The notes below the pieces were generated by a model. It was not told where the DNA came from. It searched no databases and worked only from the letters and a program-made list of their open reading frames with translations. A DNA stretch of 64,000 bases, from contig CP075497.1 in NCBI GenBank assembly GCA_021613535.1, positions 930,001 through 994,000 on the forward strand, given 5' to 3'. Made by a program: the position numbers and the translations under genes. How positions within the stretch are numbered: the first letter of the stretch is position 1; each line of letters opens with the position of its first letter. Positions 36,606 to 48,300 of the stretch are shown here, one piece after another. Origin of the DNA: Adineta vaga (taxonomy: Eukaryota; Animalia; Rotifera).

Positions 36606-37589
36606 ATGGCTAATGAATTCAATGTAACAGCCCATACAAACGGTAGTTGGTGGACGATGCCACTAGAATTGCTCCAACTCACGTTTAATGGTGTTGGTCT
36701 GTTCAGCAGTATTATATTCATATCAATCGTTGCCAGTCAACATGAACTACGACAGAATCTGGCTTTACTACTTGCAGCCAATTTGAGTATGGGCGGACTT
36801 GTATTTTGCGGTCCATTCATGATTCAAGTTTCCTACATGTTAATTAATTCTGTGCCCGACAGATTCTGTTCGTTTCGAGGTTATTTATACGTGACTGGTC
36901 TCGTCTATACATTTCAAGCAACTACATTGCAAACTGTACATCGACTCTTCGTTACGGTATTTGTTCATCATCGTCAATTACAAAACCGTTGGCTGTTCTT
37001 ATTCTTAGCTTTGATACAATTCTTGGTTTCCCTTACAGCACTATTACCATTGTTATTAGGAGGTCATTTTGCATATTTGCACGATGGCAAAGTGTGTTAC
37101 ATAGCTTTCAATGATCTTTTCGGTATTTTATATCCATCGTCTATTTTTTACTTTTTTCCATTAATTGTTCAATTATTATTATCTTGTTGGATACTTCGAC
37201 ACATCTCACACGAAGCGCAAGCAGGTCGCGCGCATATCAACGTTATGAGACGCGTCCGAAAAGAGCGACGAGTTTTAATTCGTCTGGCTATACCAGTTAC
37301 TCTTATACTCGGTGTCGGACTTATTTATTTTGTGTTCGTTTTTGGAACATTAGTCACCAGTTCATCTTGGAAAGCTCCACCCTATGCGCTCCATCTCAGT
37401 TTAATGGGCATTTCTGCTGCGACGGGTGCAGGCATGTTGACTAACGCGATTATTAACAAAAAAGTTTGGAAAATTATTTGTTCGATTTTTCACTGTTCTA
37501 TTAACTGTCGTGGACAAAATACCGTTCATATCATCGTTCAACAGCGTATTACAGCCCATCAAAGAACTAGAATAAGAACCGATAACTAA
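36606..37589 (+). CDS. Intronless rhodopsin-like 7TM GPCR
   Basis: Seven hydrophobic helices, N-glycosylation sites in the N-terminus, Cys at TM3 start (RFCSFRGY), HRL in place of DRY, ECL2 Cys. Confidence 0.85.
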   Translation: MANEFNVTAHTNGSWWTMPLELLQLTFNGVGLFSSIIFISIVASQHELRQNLALLLAANLSMGGLVFCGPFMIQVSYMLINSVPDRFCSFRGYLYVTGLVYTFQATTLQTVHRLFVTVFVHHRQLQNRWLFLFLALIQFLVSLTALLPLLLGGHFAYLHDGKVCYIAFNDLFGILYPSSIFYFFPLIVQLLLSCWILRHISHEAQAGRAHINVMRRVRKERRVLIRLAIPVTLILGVGLIYFVFVFGTLVTSSSWKAPPYALHLSLMGISAATGAGMLTNAIINKKVWKIICSIFHCSINCRGQNTVHIIVQQRITAHQRTRIRTDN

Positions 37590-38113
37590 ATTATTCAAAC
37601 AAGAGCACATCATTTTACTTAATAAGAAAATTCGTTTGAAACTATTTCATTTGACTTGTTTGAATCTATGTACATCATATAAAATACTTCAACTTAAGTT
37701 AAGTCTATAGCTGTTACATCAATTAAATTGTTTCTTAGAACAAATATAAAATATTGAAGAATAAATTAATCAAAAATTATTTTGAAATGTATCCAATATC
37801 TCGTGTAAGACGTAGGGATCCATAAGATGAATAATTTGTATCAGTCCATATCTGAACAAGTGATCTCGATCTAGAAAGAAACAAAGGATAAATTATATTA
37901 TTATTATATAAGAAGAACAAGAGAACAAAATGTTGAATATATATTTAATAACAGAGAACTAGTTTATCATTCGTCACTCAATAGAAATCTAAAGATACTA
38001 ATAAAATAAAATTGAAAAAGAAAAGAATGTAATTATTGATAAAGTAAGACAAAGTTAGATTTTTCCAAATAAAAAGTCTTTCTTTTGATTATCTTTACGA
38101 GAATATAATATTG

Positions 38114-38185
38114 TCCGCGGTAGTATAGTGGTGAGTATCCCCGCCTGTCACGCGGGAAACCGGGGTTCGATTCCCCGCCGCGGAG
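38114..38185 (+). tRNA. tRNA-Asp(GUC)
   Basis: Acceptor tccgcgg/ccgcgga, anticodon arm cccgc-ctGTCac-gcggg, GGTTCGATTCC, oligo-T downstream. Confidence 0.95.
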
Positions 38186-38310
38186 TAATTCTTTTTTTTT
38201 CTTTTTCTTATTATTTTTAGAAAACGAAATGAGATATTATTTAGTCTAGAGTAAATGTTTTTCATTTCTCAATGATTAGATTGAATTATTTAATGAGAAG
38301 GTCATTGATC

Positions 38311-38382
38311 AGCAGCGTGGCGCAGTGGAAGCGTGCTGGGCTCATAACTCAGAGGTCGGTAGATCGAAACTACTCGCTGCTA
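38311..38382 (+). tRNA. initiator tRNA-Met(CAU)
   Basis: A1-U72 pair, TGGCGCAGTGGAAGCG D arm, CAT anticodon, GATCGAAA T-loop typical of eukaryotic initiators. One G-C pair of the anticodon stem is G-U. Confidence 0.88.
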
Positions 38383-38961
38383 TTTACCTTTTTTTTCTTT
38401 TCTCGTAGAACAAAGGCAAGAGCAAATAATTGTAATTTCATATTTTTGCATCATAAGAACAATGTAGAAGTTTGTTTTTGATAAATTAGTTTGAAAATGA
38501 ATGCAAAATCGATGTTCACTACTTCTACAAATAAAATTTGATACCAAAATCTTTTTTCTTTTTATTTGAGTTTCAATCTCGTATTTCTTTTGTTGAAATT
38601 TGTCGATAGTTTGTAGAAAAATATTTTTTCAATTCAGAGTTTTATTACAGTTTGATTTTATGTATGAAGATTGTTACAAAGCTTAGAAAATTGTGAATTT
38701 GAAATAGCATTTAAAAAACTGTGCGATTATGGATACAACGTACTTTACCTTTGAAATGTTGTTAACATGTAGTTTCAATAGCAAACATAATAAAACACGA
38801 GATCTTTTCAATCAGAATATCAATATTAGAAATAAAAAAGTAAAAGGAAAATAAATATAAATACAATTCTTAAACAAACAATTTTATTCCTGTTCAATTA
38901 ATATAAAGAAGAATAAATCTAAAAAATCCAACATCATCGTCAAAGTCAAACTCTAGATAAT

Positions 38962-39017
38962 TCTTGAAGGTGTGGATGTGACTGATGATCTTCTTCTGCC
39001 TTTAACCCACATCCTCA
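38962..39017. repeat. TIE copy 17
   Basis: tcttgaaggtgtggatgtga...aacccacatcctca. Confidence 0.65.
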
Positions 39018-39481
39018 TATTAGTTTGAATTTAGATTAATCTGTAAGAATTTTAAAAAGTATTGTTTGCTACTGAGTGCAATGAAACTCTTTCTGAGTAA
39101 TTACATGTTGTCAAACTTTATTCTGACAAAATAGTATTGAATGAATAGACGATGAAAAGATGTACGAATAAATCATACTGCAATATTTTAATAACTGAAC
39201 TGATATCTTTTCGATCATTTTATTTTCGTCATTTTTTACGTGTCGTTTATCATATCGATAGAAAAAAAAAAGATTTTCCAACTATTTGACTAATAATTGT
39301 AAAAACCTACTTTTTAAATAAATCATTCTTTTCTTATCATTAGTGATAAAAACAGGACTCTTCTTCGTTTCTCATTCACCACATAGTTATTCTCCATTTA
39401 CTTATCTGACTTGTTTCTTTGTTTTCAAACAGCAAAATATTGTCTTGTGGTGAGACGGGTAATCATCAAGGATGTCCTTTA

Positions 39482-39958
39482 ATGAAAGTCATCGAAGCCT
39501 ATATGGGTCCTATTTTTCCTGCTGGGTTCTCAGATGGAGATCATCCAACGGTTGGTCTCATCCTTCTCGGAAATACAGGTATAGGCAAATCATTTCTTGC
39601 CAATATTTTAATCGGCATAGATACCTTTGAACATCGATGTGGTACAAACAGTGTCACTCACGAAACATGTTGGGATAGCTTCCTCGCTTTTGGACGAGTT
39701 TATATGGTCTTCAACGTATCCGGACTGATTGAGTGTGACCAAGCAGCGATCGAACGCAATAAAATTCAAATTCAAAGAGCATTTGAAAAACACCCTTATT
39801 CTTTCGTTGATCGTATAGATACGAAGAGTTGGTTGCAAAGAGGACAGTTACGCATGAAACAGCTCCAAGAGGAGATAAGTAGAAAACAAGACGCTTTCGA
39901 GGCAAAAAATCGTGAACTGCAAGCTCTGCAAACGACAACAAGAAATGAGAAGACATGA
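39482..39958 (+). pseudogene. AIG1/GIMAP-like P-loop GTPase with internal deletions
   Basis: G1 GLILLGNTGIGKSFLANIL, G2 SVT, G3-like FNVSGLIE. After AFEKHPYS the frame jumps to a short segment and a coiled coil, lacking the G4 region. Confidence 0.65.
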
Positions 39959-40128
39959 TATTTGCGTCATTCTCTAATTTCAAGTTAACCAAGAAATTAT
40001 TTTAATGTCGAGACAATGCTTCGGGATTTTTTTTCTTATCCTAATGATGAAACAAATAAAAAGCTCAATTTCTGATCTCTAATAGAATGATTTTGTCGCC
40101 AGGGTCAAATATTCCGCATTTTGGAGAC

Positions 40129-40146
40129 GCACCCACACCCACCCCA
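40129..40146. repeat. TIE right arm (copy 18)
   Basis: gcacccacacccacccca, with a residual agggt at 40101. Confidence 0.6.
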
Positions 40147-40149
40147 TAT

Positions 40150-41194
40150 CTACTTTTTTGTCACTGGAACAGCTCGTTACATCTTTTTCGGGTCTCAATT
40201 CTTACATCAATGCATTAATTCGATATAATGATATCAATATTCTACGATCATTTCCTACTGTAATTGATCGCCTGAAAATTACAAATGATAAACTAGTTGA
40301 TTTAACACAATTAACCGATTTGCATAGACTTACATTGGAATACGGTACTCAGACACAGTTCAATAGTAGTATTCGTCCGCAATTTTGCCCTTACTTGAAA
40401 TTCTTCATATTGAAGGTAATAAACTACAATAAAAAAAAGTAATAACTTTAATCTTATCTTATATGTAGGAGTTTATACGACTTCACGTGAAGATGCAGAA
40501 ACAATAAGTAATTTATTCAAAATTGTTTTATCTAATGGTTTTCCACGACTTCGAACATGTATAGCATTAGATATTGGAACTTTCACATATAATGAAACAT
40601 GGATAGAAACACCAAAACTTCGTACTCTTAATCTGGCAATGGCGACAAACGAAGATAGGGAAAAACTTCAATCAAAATTTTCATATATAAATCAAATCAC
40701 ACATTAAGAACATTCATTATCCAATCCAGGTATGAGTCTTCTAATCTCCTATAAAATCACCGAAACGAATATCATATAAGTATAAAAATATTGAATTTTG
40801 TTTCATTGTTTTTCTTGCAGATAATCCTTACAATCGAAGTCACCGTTTTCGTTCAGAATATCAAAAACTTCAAGCATTAGAATTGGAAAATAAGTTCATA
40901 CTTGATGTTTCTCCTACAAGGCAGTACTTCGATGGTTATAATCCACCACCTCTTTTTAAAAACTCAAAAATCACTCAACGACCTACTTACCCAGATGACA
41001 CAATCATCTTAGGTCGAATTACCGCAAGAATTTCCATTTAGACCTCCCAAAATAACATGTTTGGATCGACTCTATCATCCATAAGTTGAAACGTCAGGCA
41101 AATTATGTGGCTATGGAGGCGGTTTTCGTTATGAAGAAGTTTTCACACCATCAAAAACGTTGCAGAGTATAATTGAAAGTCCTTATACAGGTTA
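40150..41194 (+). pseudogene. 5'-truncated F-box/LRR-like region joined by introns to an E2 (UBC) domain relic
   Basis: LSLEQLVTSFSGLNSYINALIR (second half of a bdelloid F-box); LRR-like exons; last exon RFRSEYQKL...IILGRI/LPQEFPFRPPKITCLDRLYHP*VETSGKLC. Confidence 0.65.
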
Positions 41195-41599
41195 GTCGTC
41201 TCACAATTTCGAATGTCATCAAGAATATTGTAATGAATATCGAACATACAGTAAGAAAGCATATTCGAAATGAATTAAAAGATTATCTTTTTATTCGTTT
41301 TCTCTTTAATAAAAAAAGTTAAAATCACGGTGAACTTTTAAGGCTGTATAATTTTAGAACCTATTTTGATGCTTCCTCGTATTGCTAATTATGAATCTTT
41401 CAATTGCAAAATGTTTTGAATATAAAATCGAACTGATCATCAGTCCTGTTGCACTATTTATCTTATCTATGTCCCGCCTGTTCATTACAACATTGCCTAA
41501 ATGCGTGAAAAAAGCATCACAGAATCTATGGTTTATTTCTTTTCTTAGCAACGACAAACAAATTAATAATCAATTATTAAATTAATCTAATGACAGAAG

Positions 41600-42218
41600 T
41601 TGTTTATTTGACGACATACCGGTGCCTTCTCTATGCTTTATTACATGGAAAGCAAGTAAAAATGTAAATATTACCTCTAACTTCCATTTAGATGCGAATT
41701 ATGCAAAGTATTCTGTTGTTTTAATGTGTTCTTTGACGCAAATGTCTGATCCGTTCTTATCATCGTCGGTTGTGATACAACTACATCTAGAATAAGAATA
41801 GAAATACTCAATTATATATAACACTTATTATTGAAGTATACATACTTGAAGATGAATTCAAACGAAAATCAAGTTCACGTGCTTCTTGACATATAGCACA
41901 CGAAGAACAAAATGTTGTTACCAAACAATCATCACAATCTTCTAGAAGATCAAACCGTTCACGTAAAGCTTTTCGTTTAGTCATATGTACTAGACAGCAA
42001 AAGCTATGTTCTGATAATAACCAATATATAAAGCATGAACCAAAACAACTACTTTCATCGATACGTTCAGCATTTTGACCGTAGAGGCACACTGAACAAA
42101 AGCAACCATAAAGACAAATATCACCATCATCAAAACAATCGAAAAGAGCACCTAATGAATTTTTTAATTATATATTGATTGAATTCAATTCAATTAACTT
42201 ACTACTCCATTGGTTCAT
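41600..42218 (-). CDS. PLAC8/cornifelin family Cys-rich protein
   Basis: MNQWS|SALFDCFDDGDICLYGCFCSVCLYGQNAERID...RKALRERFDL..DDCLVTTFCSSCAICQEARE. 3' end approximate. Confidence 0.85.
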
Positions 42219-42649
42219 CTTTCGGCTTGCTTAATAAACAAAAGTAAAATATTACTCTGAGTTGCAGCTAATAGTAACATGATTATTGTAACGTAAATAA
42301 TTTCAATTCATACGAAGTACATTACACGTCCTACTTTCTTTCACACAAGACACACATAAATATTAGTCCATACGTGATTTAATAAAATAGAAGAGAGAGG
42401 GAAAAGATAGAGTCAATATAACACACACAAGTACAAGTTTATACGTTAATCGATACAATGACGTCTACCCTTCGATCGATTGTTTGACCTTTTCTCTAAA
42501 TCGTTAAATGTTTACCCATGTATTGAAAGAAAATTGAGTATAGCTCATACTATTAAAGATCTATAAGGAGTTCTTACTGACGATATATTTGTTGCTAGTT
42601 GAAATAATTGCAATAACAGCGATGATGGTGTTTTTTCAAATACTTCCCA

Positions 42650-43330
42650 AAGGAAAAGACAAGTTAAATTATTCAAATTCATAATGAATATTCGAAAGTA
42701 TTTTGTTAAAAATACTGGATAAGTACGGTATAGTATAAATGTGAATAGCTCATTTTGATAATACACATTCAACACATTATTTATGTTGTTGATGCCAAAA
42801 ATCACGTTGAAATGGCAGAAATCTCTGTCCAAATATCATCATCGACTTTTCCGAAAAAAACAAACAGAAAAGTTGAATTTAAGAACGTTTAGTAAAGATA
42901 ATGAAAACGTAATTAATCGTTCCAAACGATATCGCCCTCAATGATACATTCATCCCTATCGATACTATGTGATATTATTGAATTTTTTAAATTCGGCATT
43001 TTCTTCAGCATTACTTCGAGAGAATCAAATCGACTCATAAATTTAGAGAGATCGAGTAATATTCAAATATATTTTCAACTTTGAATACAGTACGCTTTGC
43101 ACACAATGGTTATCAATGGCAAAGTCTCACTTCTCAGTATCTATCTAAACTCTAAGAGTTTGATTTTCTAATTCATTACATGACCACTTTTTTTAAAGAT
43201 CAAATATTCAACCATTGTGTTTTTCCAAGTCAAATTCTTCTATACTGGCATTTTTCAAAAGATAACCATTAAAATCAATTATATCCAATAGGTGAAGTCT
43301 TAATATCAATGCCGTTCATCACAATAATTG
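42650..43330 (-). pseudogene. Decayed F-box/LRR C-terminal relic
   Basis: Fragments FQRDFWHQQH..VECV and IHIYTIPYLSS resemble the C-terminal part of the intact F-box/LRR at 13700-14000 (FRSSFWLDKK..IWLYTTP). Many stops. Confidence 0.4.
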
Positions 43331-43675
43331 AATGAAGATGAAAGAATAGAAGTTCTTTTTTACATTTTACACAAGAAAATATTTAATTTACTAATAATTA
43401 AATACAAATATAGACTCTATTATAACCTTACAAACTGCACGAATGCACTTTTCTTCTGTTGATTATATTGAAGCTTTTTTTTTCTTCATTTAATTTACGC
43501 ATCGTATATATTCACTAAGAACGACCGAAATAATCCATTCCACTGAATGGTATGTTAGATTTAATCTTTAAAAAAACATATAAAAGTTATCTAATAAATA
43601 AACTCATTTTCTTTTATCTACGATATATAAAACTTTATTTTTGTGTCTAATTGATGAGAGTGCATTTTTATTAAT

Positions 43676-44636
43676 ATGACATTGTTGTACGATGTTCAAC
43701 AATTGGTTCTTTATACTGGTTATTTCTTGCTTATTACAGGTATCATTGGTAATGGAATTAATATTCTCGTATTTTCAAAAGTGCGTAGTTATCGTACTAG
43801 TCCCTGTACATTCTATTTTCTTATTGGTTCAATCGATAATATTTTATACATATTACTCAATTTAACAATTCGTATTTTAAGTATAGGTTATAATATCGAT
43901 GTTATTGGTACATCAAATATATGGTGTAAGATACGACAATATTTTCTAGTTACACCTGCAATAATATCTGTAACTTGTTCATGTTTAGCTACAATTGATC
44001 AATTTTTGATTACATCTAAAAATGTCTATCTTCGAAGATGTAGTCAAATTCAATGGGCTCATCGAATTGTATTCTTTATCATCATTATTTGGTCTCTTCA
44101 TGGAATTCCTCTTCTTGTGTTTTGTGGTATTTCTCCAATTACGAATACTTGTATGATACTGAATGCAAATTATGAAATTTATGCATTAGTATATCTAATT
44201 GGTATTATTTCTTTAATACCCATTGTAATAATGATTATATTTGGATGGTTAACTTACCATAATATTCATCAAAGAATAAATCTTGCTGAATTACAAATTG
44301 ATCGCCAATTAATAAAAATGAGTTTAATTCATATTGTACTTGTTACAATTAGTTTACTTCCATACGGTATTTACAATGCTTATAGTTTAATCACTAAAAA
44401 TTTTGTCAAAAATATTGATGAACAATTGAAAGAATATTTAGCTTCTTCGATTTTTACAATGGCAACATATTTATATTATACTGTATGTTATTTAATCAAT
44501 ATAATTGGTTTTATATTTGATTTTTTCGTTTTAGGGAAGTTGTTATACATTTTTGATATCATCGAAACGATTTCGACAAAAAGTAAAAGAAGAACTATTT
44601 TTCTGTCAACAAAAAAACAATGTGATGCCAATTTAA
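43676..44636 (+). CDS. Rhodopsin-like 7TM GPCR (two exons)
   Basis: GIIGN in TM1, WCKIR, IDQF (DRY-like). An intron at ~44483-44534 gives the C-terminus GSCYTFLISSKRFRQKVK...VMPI*. Confidence 0.88.
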
Positions 44637-45299
44637 CTATACACGCTCTATGAAATATCAAAAGTAAATTGTCTCATTTAGTTATCGATTATATACCAAG
44701 TATTCTCATCACTAACATTTTTTAGTTGATAATATATGTTACCTATTATATGAATGTAATAAAATTTTTAGAAGGAAAAGATTGTATATTAACGTATGAA
44801 CTTGATTTTTTTAAATAATTATTTGCAAAGGTGGATAACCTTGAATTTCTACGTGGGGTATTTAAGAGTGAATTTTTACATGAATAGATTTTATTCGATT
44901 TAAAGACCTTTAGAAAGTAATGTATGTATAACAATATGAAACATTTATAGTTACATATGGACAAAAAAGGATGAAATTCATTATCTTACTATTCATAATC
45001 ATGACGATACTACTTCACTTCACAAGTCTGAAATAATAGTACCTAATGTTTTATATCCACATTATTCAGATGAAACAATTGAATTTACTCCATGATGTCA
45101 TTCAATACAATTAACACCGCCCATAGAAAACTTGACTCGTCTAATACGAAATGAACATAATACAACTGAATTGAAGATCTTTTTTTTCATGCTTTGTCTA
45201 CAAAATTCTTTGTTATGGCCAATTTTTCTGTTGGTTTCTCTTGTCAGACAAATTGTGATATTCGTTTATAAGATTTCTCATAGTAAAGTTGATTCTAAA

Positions 45300-45336
45300 C
45301 GGATGTGAGTGAGAATTAGAAGAACACCCACACCCA
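45300..45336. repeat. TIE copy 19
   Basis: cggatgtgagtga-gaattagaaga-acacccacaccca. Confidence 0.6.
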
Positions 45337-45393
45337 GCTTTATTTCTTAAGCATAAAGTAGAATAATTAACAGGCATTGAATAGATGAATTTT

Positions 45394-48300
45394 TCAAGAA
45401 CATTCACATGTATTTAACAAAATATTTATAGTCTTATATTCAGTAGTTATAGTAATTATATCTTGACAATTATCATTGTTGAAATCTTTTATATAACTCA
45501 GAGACGGTTTACCAGTAACTTGACTTGAATAAATAAGTTGACTTTGAAAATTTTCATGGCGATCTCCAAGAAAACCATAGATTTCATAAGGATCATTCTT
45601 AGTGACAACAATATCTAAATGATTATCATTATTTACATCAACAAAAGCCGCGGATCCAATTGGTACACCCAATTTCATAATAACTTGTTTATAGAAATCA
45701 AACGTACCATTATTATATCGATAATACATAAAGACTGTATTTATCCGACTATGAACAAAAATAATGTCAGATTGAGAATTACTATCGAAGTCACCGATTA
45801 TCATATGCAGACTTGGAGTACGAAGGGGGATGAAAAACATTTTATTTAATTGAAAACTTCCATCAATATTTCCAAAAAATACATTGATATGAGAAGCTTT
45901 TTTATCCAGAACAATGATATCTAAATAATTATCACTATTCAAATCAGCAACAGCCAATTGATCTACGTAACTATTGATTTTTAAGAACAATATTAATGGT
46001 GATGAAAACGTTTTATCACCATTTCCAAAATATACATTTATATGACTATTATCCTCACCTCTAGTAATAATATCCAACTTAGTATCATTATTCACATCAA
46101 TTATAGGAGTATTTACTGCGATGGAAGGTAAAATTAAAAATCGCATATCATGTGTTTCGAATGTACCATCACCATTTCCAAACACTAAAGTCATATTTGT
46201 TTTTCCAATTATATGATTAAAATATTGTATAATCAAATCGAGTCGATTATCATTATTCAAGTCAGCGATACGAATCGCACCTATGATGAGAAAAGTACTA
46301 AATGGAAATGTAATCGCTTTTTGAAACGTATTATTGCCATTTCCTAGTAAGACATGAACATTTTCATTACGCTCACAATAAAAGATTAAATCAATTCGGT
46401 TATCAGCATTTATATCGGTAACAACACTTGCAGATAAAGTTATAGATGAACACAATGGATTAATTAATATTTGTTTATATTTAAATAGACACAATGGTTC
46501 TAAAAATATAAATTATAGAAGATTTTATGTTCATCTGTACATCAATAAATCTTCATGAACTAACCTGATGTATTTGATGTTACTGGTATTATTGTTGTAC
46601 TTAAAGTATCAATAGATGCCACATTTGTTGTTGTTGTTGTTGTTAAGGAAACTATTAAACAAATTTCAAAGAATTATATATTAAATCGTTACTATAAAAT
46701 GTATGATTTTCTTTTATCTCTAAATTTATATGAAAATTGATGAAGATATAAGTTTTTTTCTACTTACAGTTTTGTTTATAATATATTGAAAAACAACTAA
46801 TAGTAAATATTATACATATCAAAAGTAGAATTAAATATATTATCTTTCGAAACGATCGACTATGTAATACAATATTATTCCTAAATATAAAAGAAATTTA
46901 TGATTAAGAATAGAAATAAAAGATGATCTACTGTGATCTAATCTCAGTATTCGAAATAGTGTGTTGATTAGATGAATTTTGAATAGAATTAATCGGATGA
47001 ATAGAATTTATTTGTTTTTTTCGTTTATTATAAATTTTGAATATAATTTGTATTAGTTTTGGACAAATCCATTTGAGAACAATTGTTAAACCACCTTGAA
47101 GACCAAGTATAAGAGTAATAATATAGAAAATATTTAATTCTTCAATACGAGTGTAAGAACATATTAATGGTGAGCATTGCTCATAATACAATGAATAATT
47201 CTTATCTATGAACCAATCTTCAATAAATAAATGATTAATCAGTTCACGTACTGTTGTATTCTGTGAAAAACGACTGTCGATTTTTGAAAGAGGTTTTAAA
47301 AATGTTTTATAATTTGTATATTGTTGAATAAGATTAAGACATGATTGATTATAAAAACATTCAAGAGTTGATGAAAGAAATGATTGACTTGGAGTACATC
47401 CAATTTTCATACCATTGATTGGAATTTTTTTCGAAAAATCTTTTTCAATGAATGTTGCTTGAGATGTACAATTTGGTGAAATTCCACAGGAACATTCATC
47501 ATCATAAATTACAGCTTTTCCAGGTACATGAATGACGACATCTGTCGTCACTTCAGTAATAAATTCGACATTTGTTCCATACGTTGATATAAAAGCGTTT
47601 TCATAGAATATACTTTGAGTAAAGAAGAGAAGACGCAAGAATAAAACAGGAGCATTGGATTTTTTGTGCTCAATTAAGATATTGATATGATTATGAAAAT
47701 TACTTTCGGATAAAAGTTCAGTAGTAACGAATAATGATGTTAAAAATTCATTAATTGTATTATTTACTGATTTGATGGAAAGTTGACATAATTCTTGAAG
47801 ATATTGCAAATGAGCAGAAAGAAATCGACGATAATCTCTTTGTTCATATAGAGTTATATTGAAAATAAGTCCATTTACCAAATCGAGTTGCCATTTTTCC
47901 AAAACAAATTCACTTGAACAAATCTAATATTATAACAGAAACATTTAGCAATCAAGACTTATTTTAATCTATATTTTCTAAACCATTAATAATTCTATCT
48001 TACCGAATGAAAACTTGATTTAATTTCGACAAATTGATCATATTTTGATGCTATTATTGAGCATGTACATCGTAAGTCATCACCATAGAGTGTTCTCAAA
48101 TGACTATAGACAATGAAAGATGGTTTATTGAAATTTTCCGTTGAAATATATGGCTGAAACATCCCATAGAATATCAAAATACTGATGCCACTAGTAAATA
48201 ATATTAAATAAAGTCGAGTCGCCAATTGACCATAATGTTTCGCTGTAATTCGATCAACATTAGTTCCAAAATGACGTATTGTAAATATATTTAATTCAAC

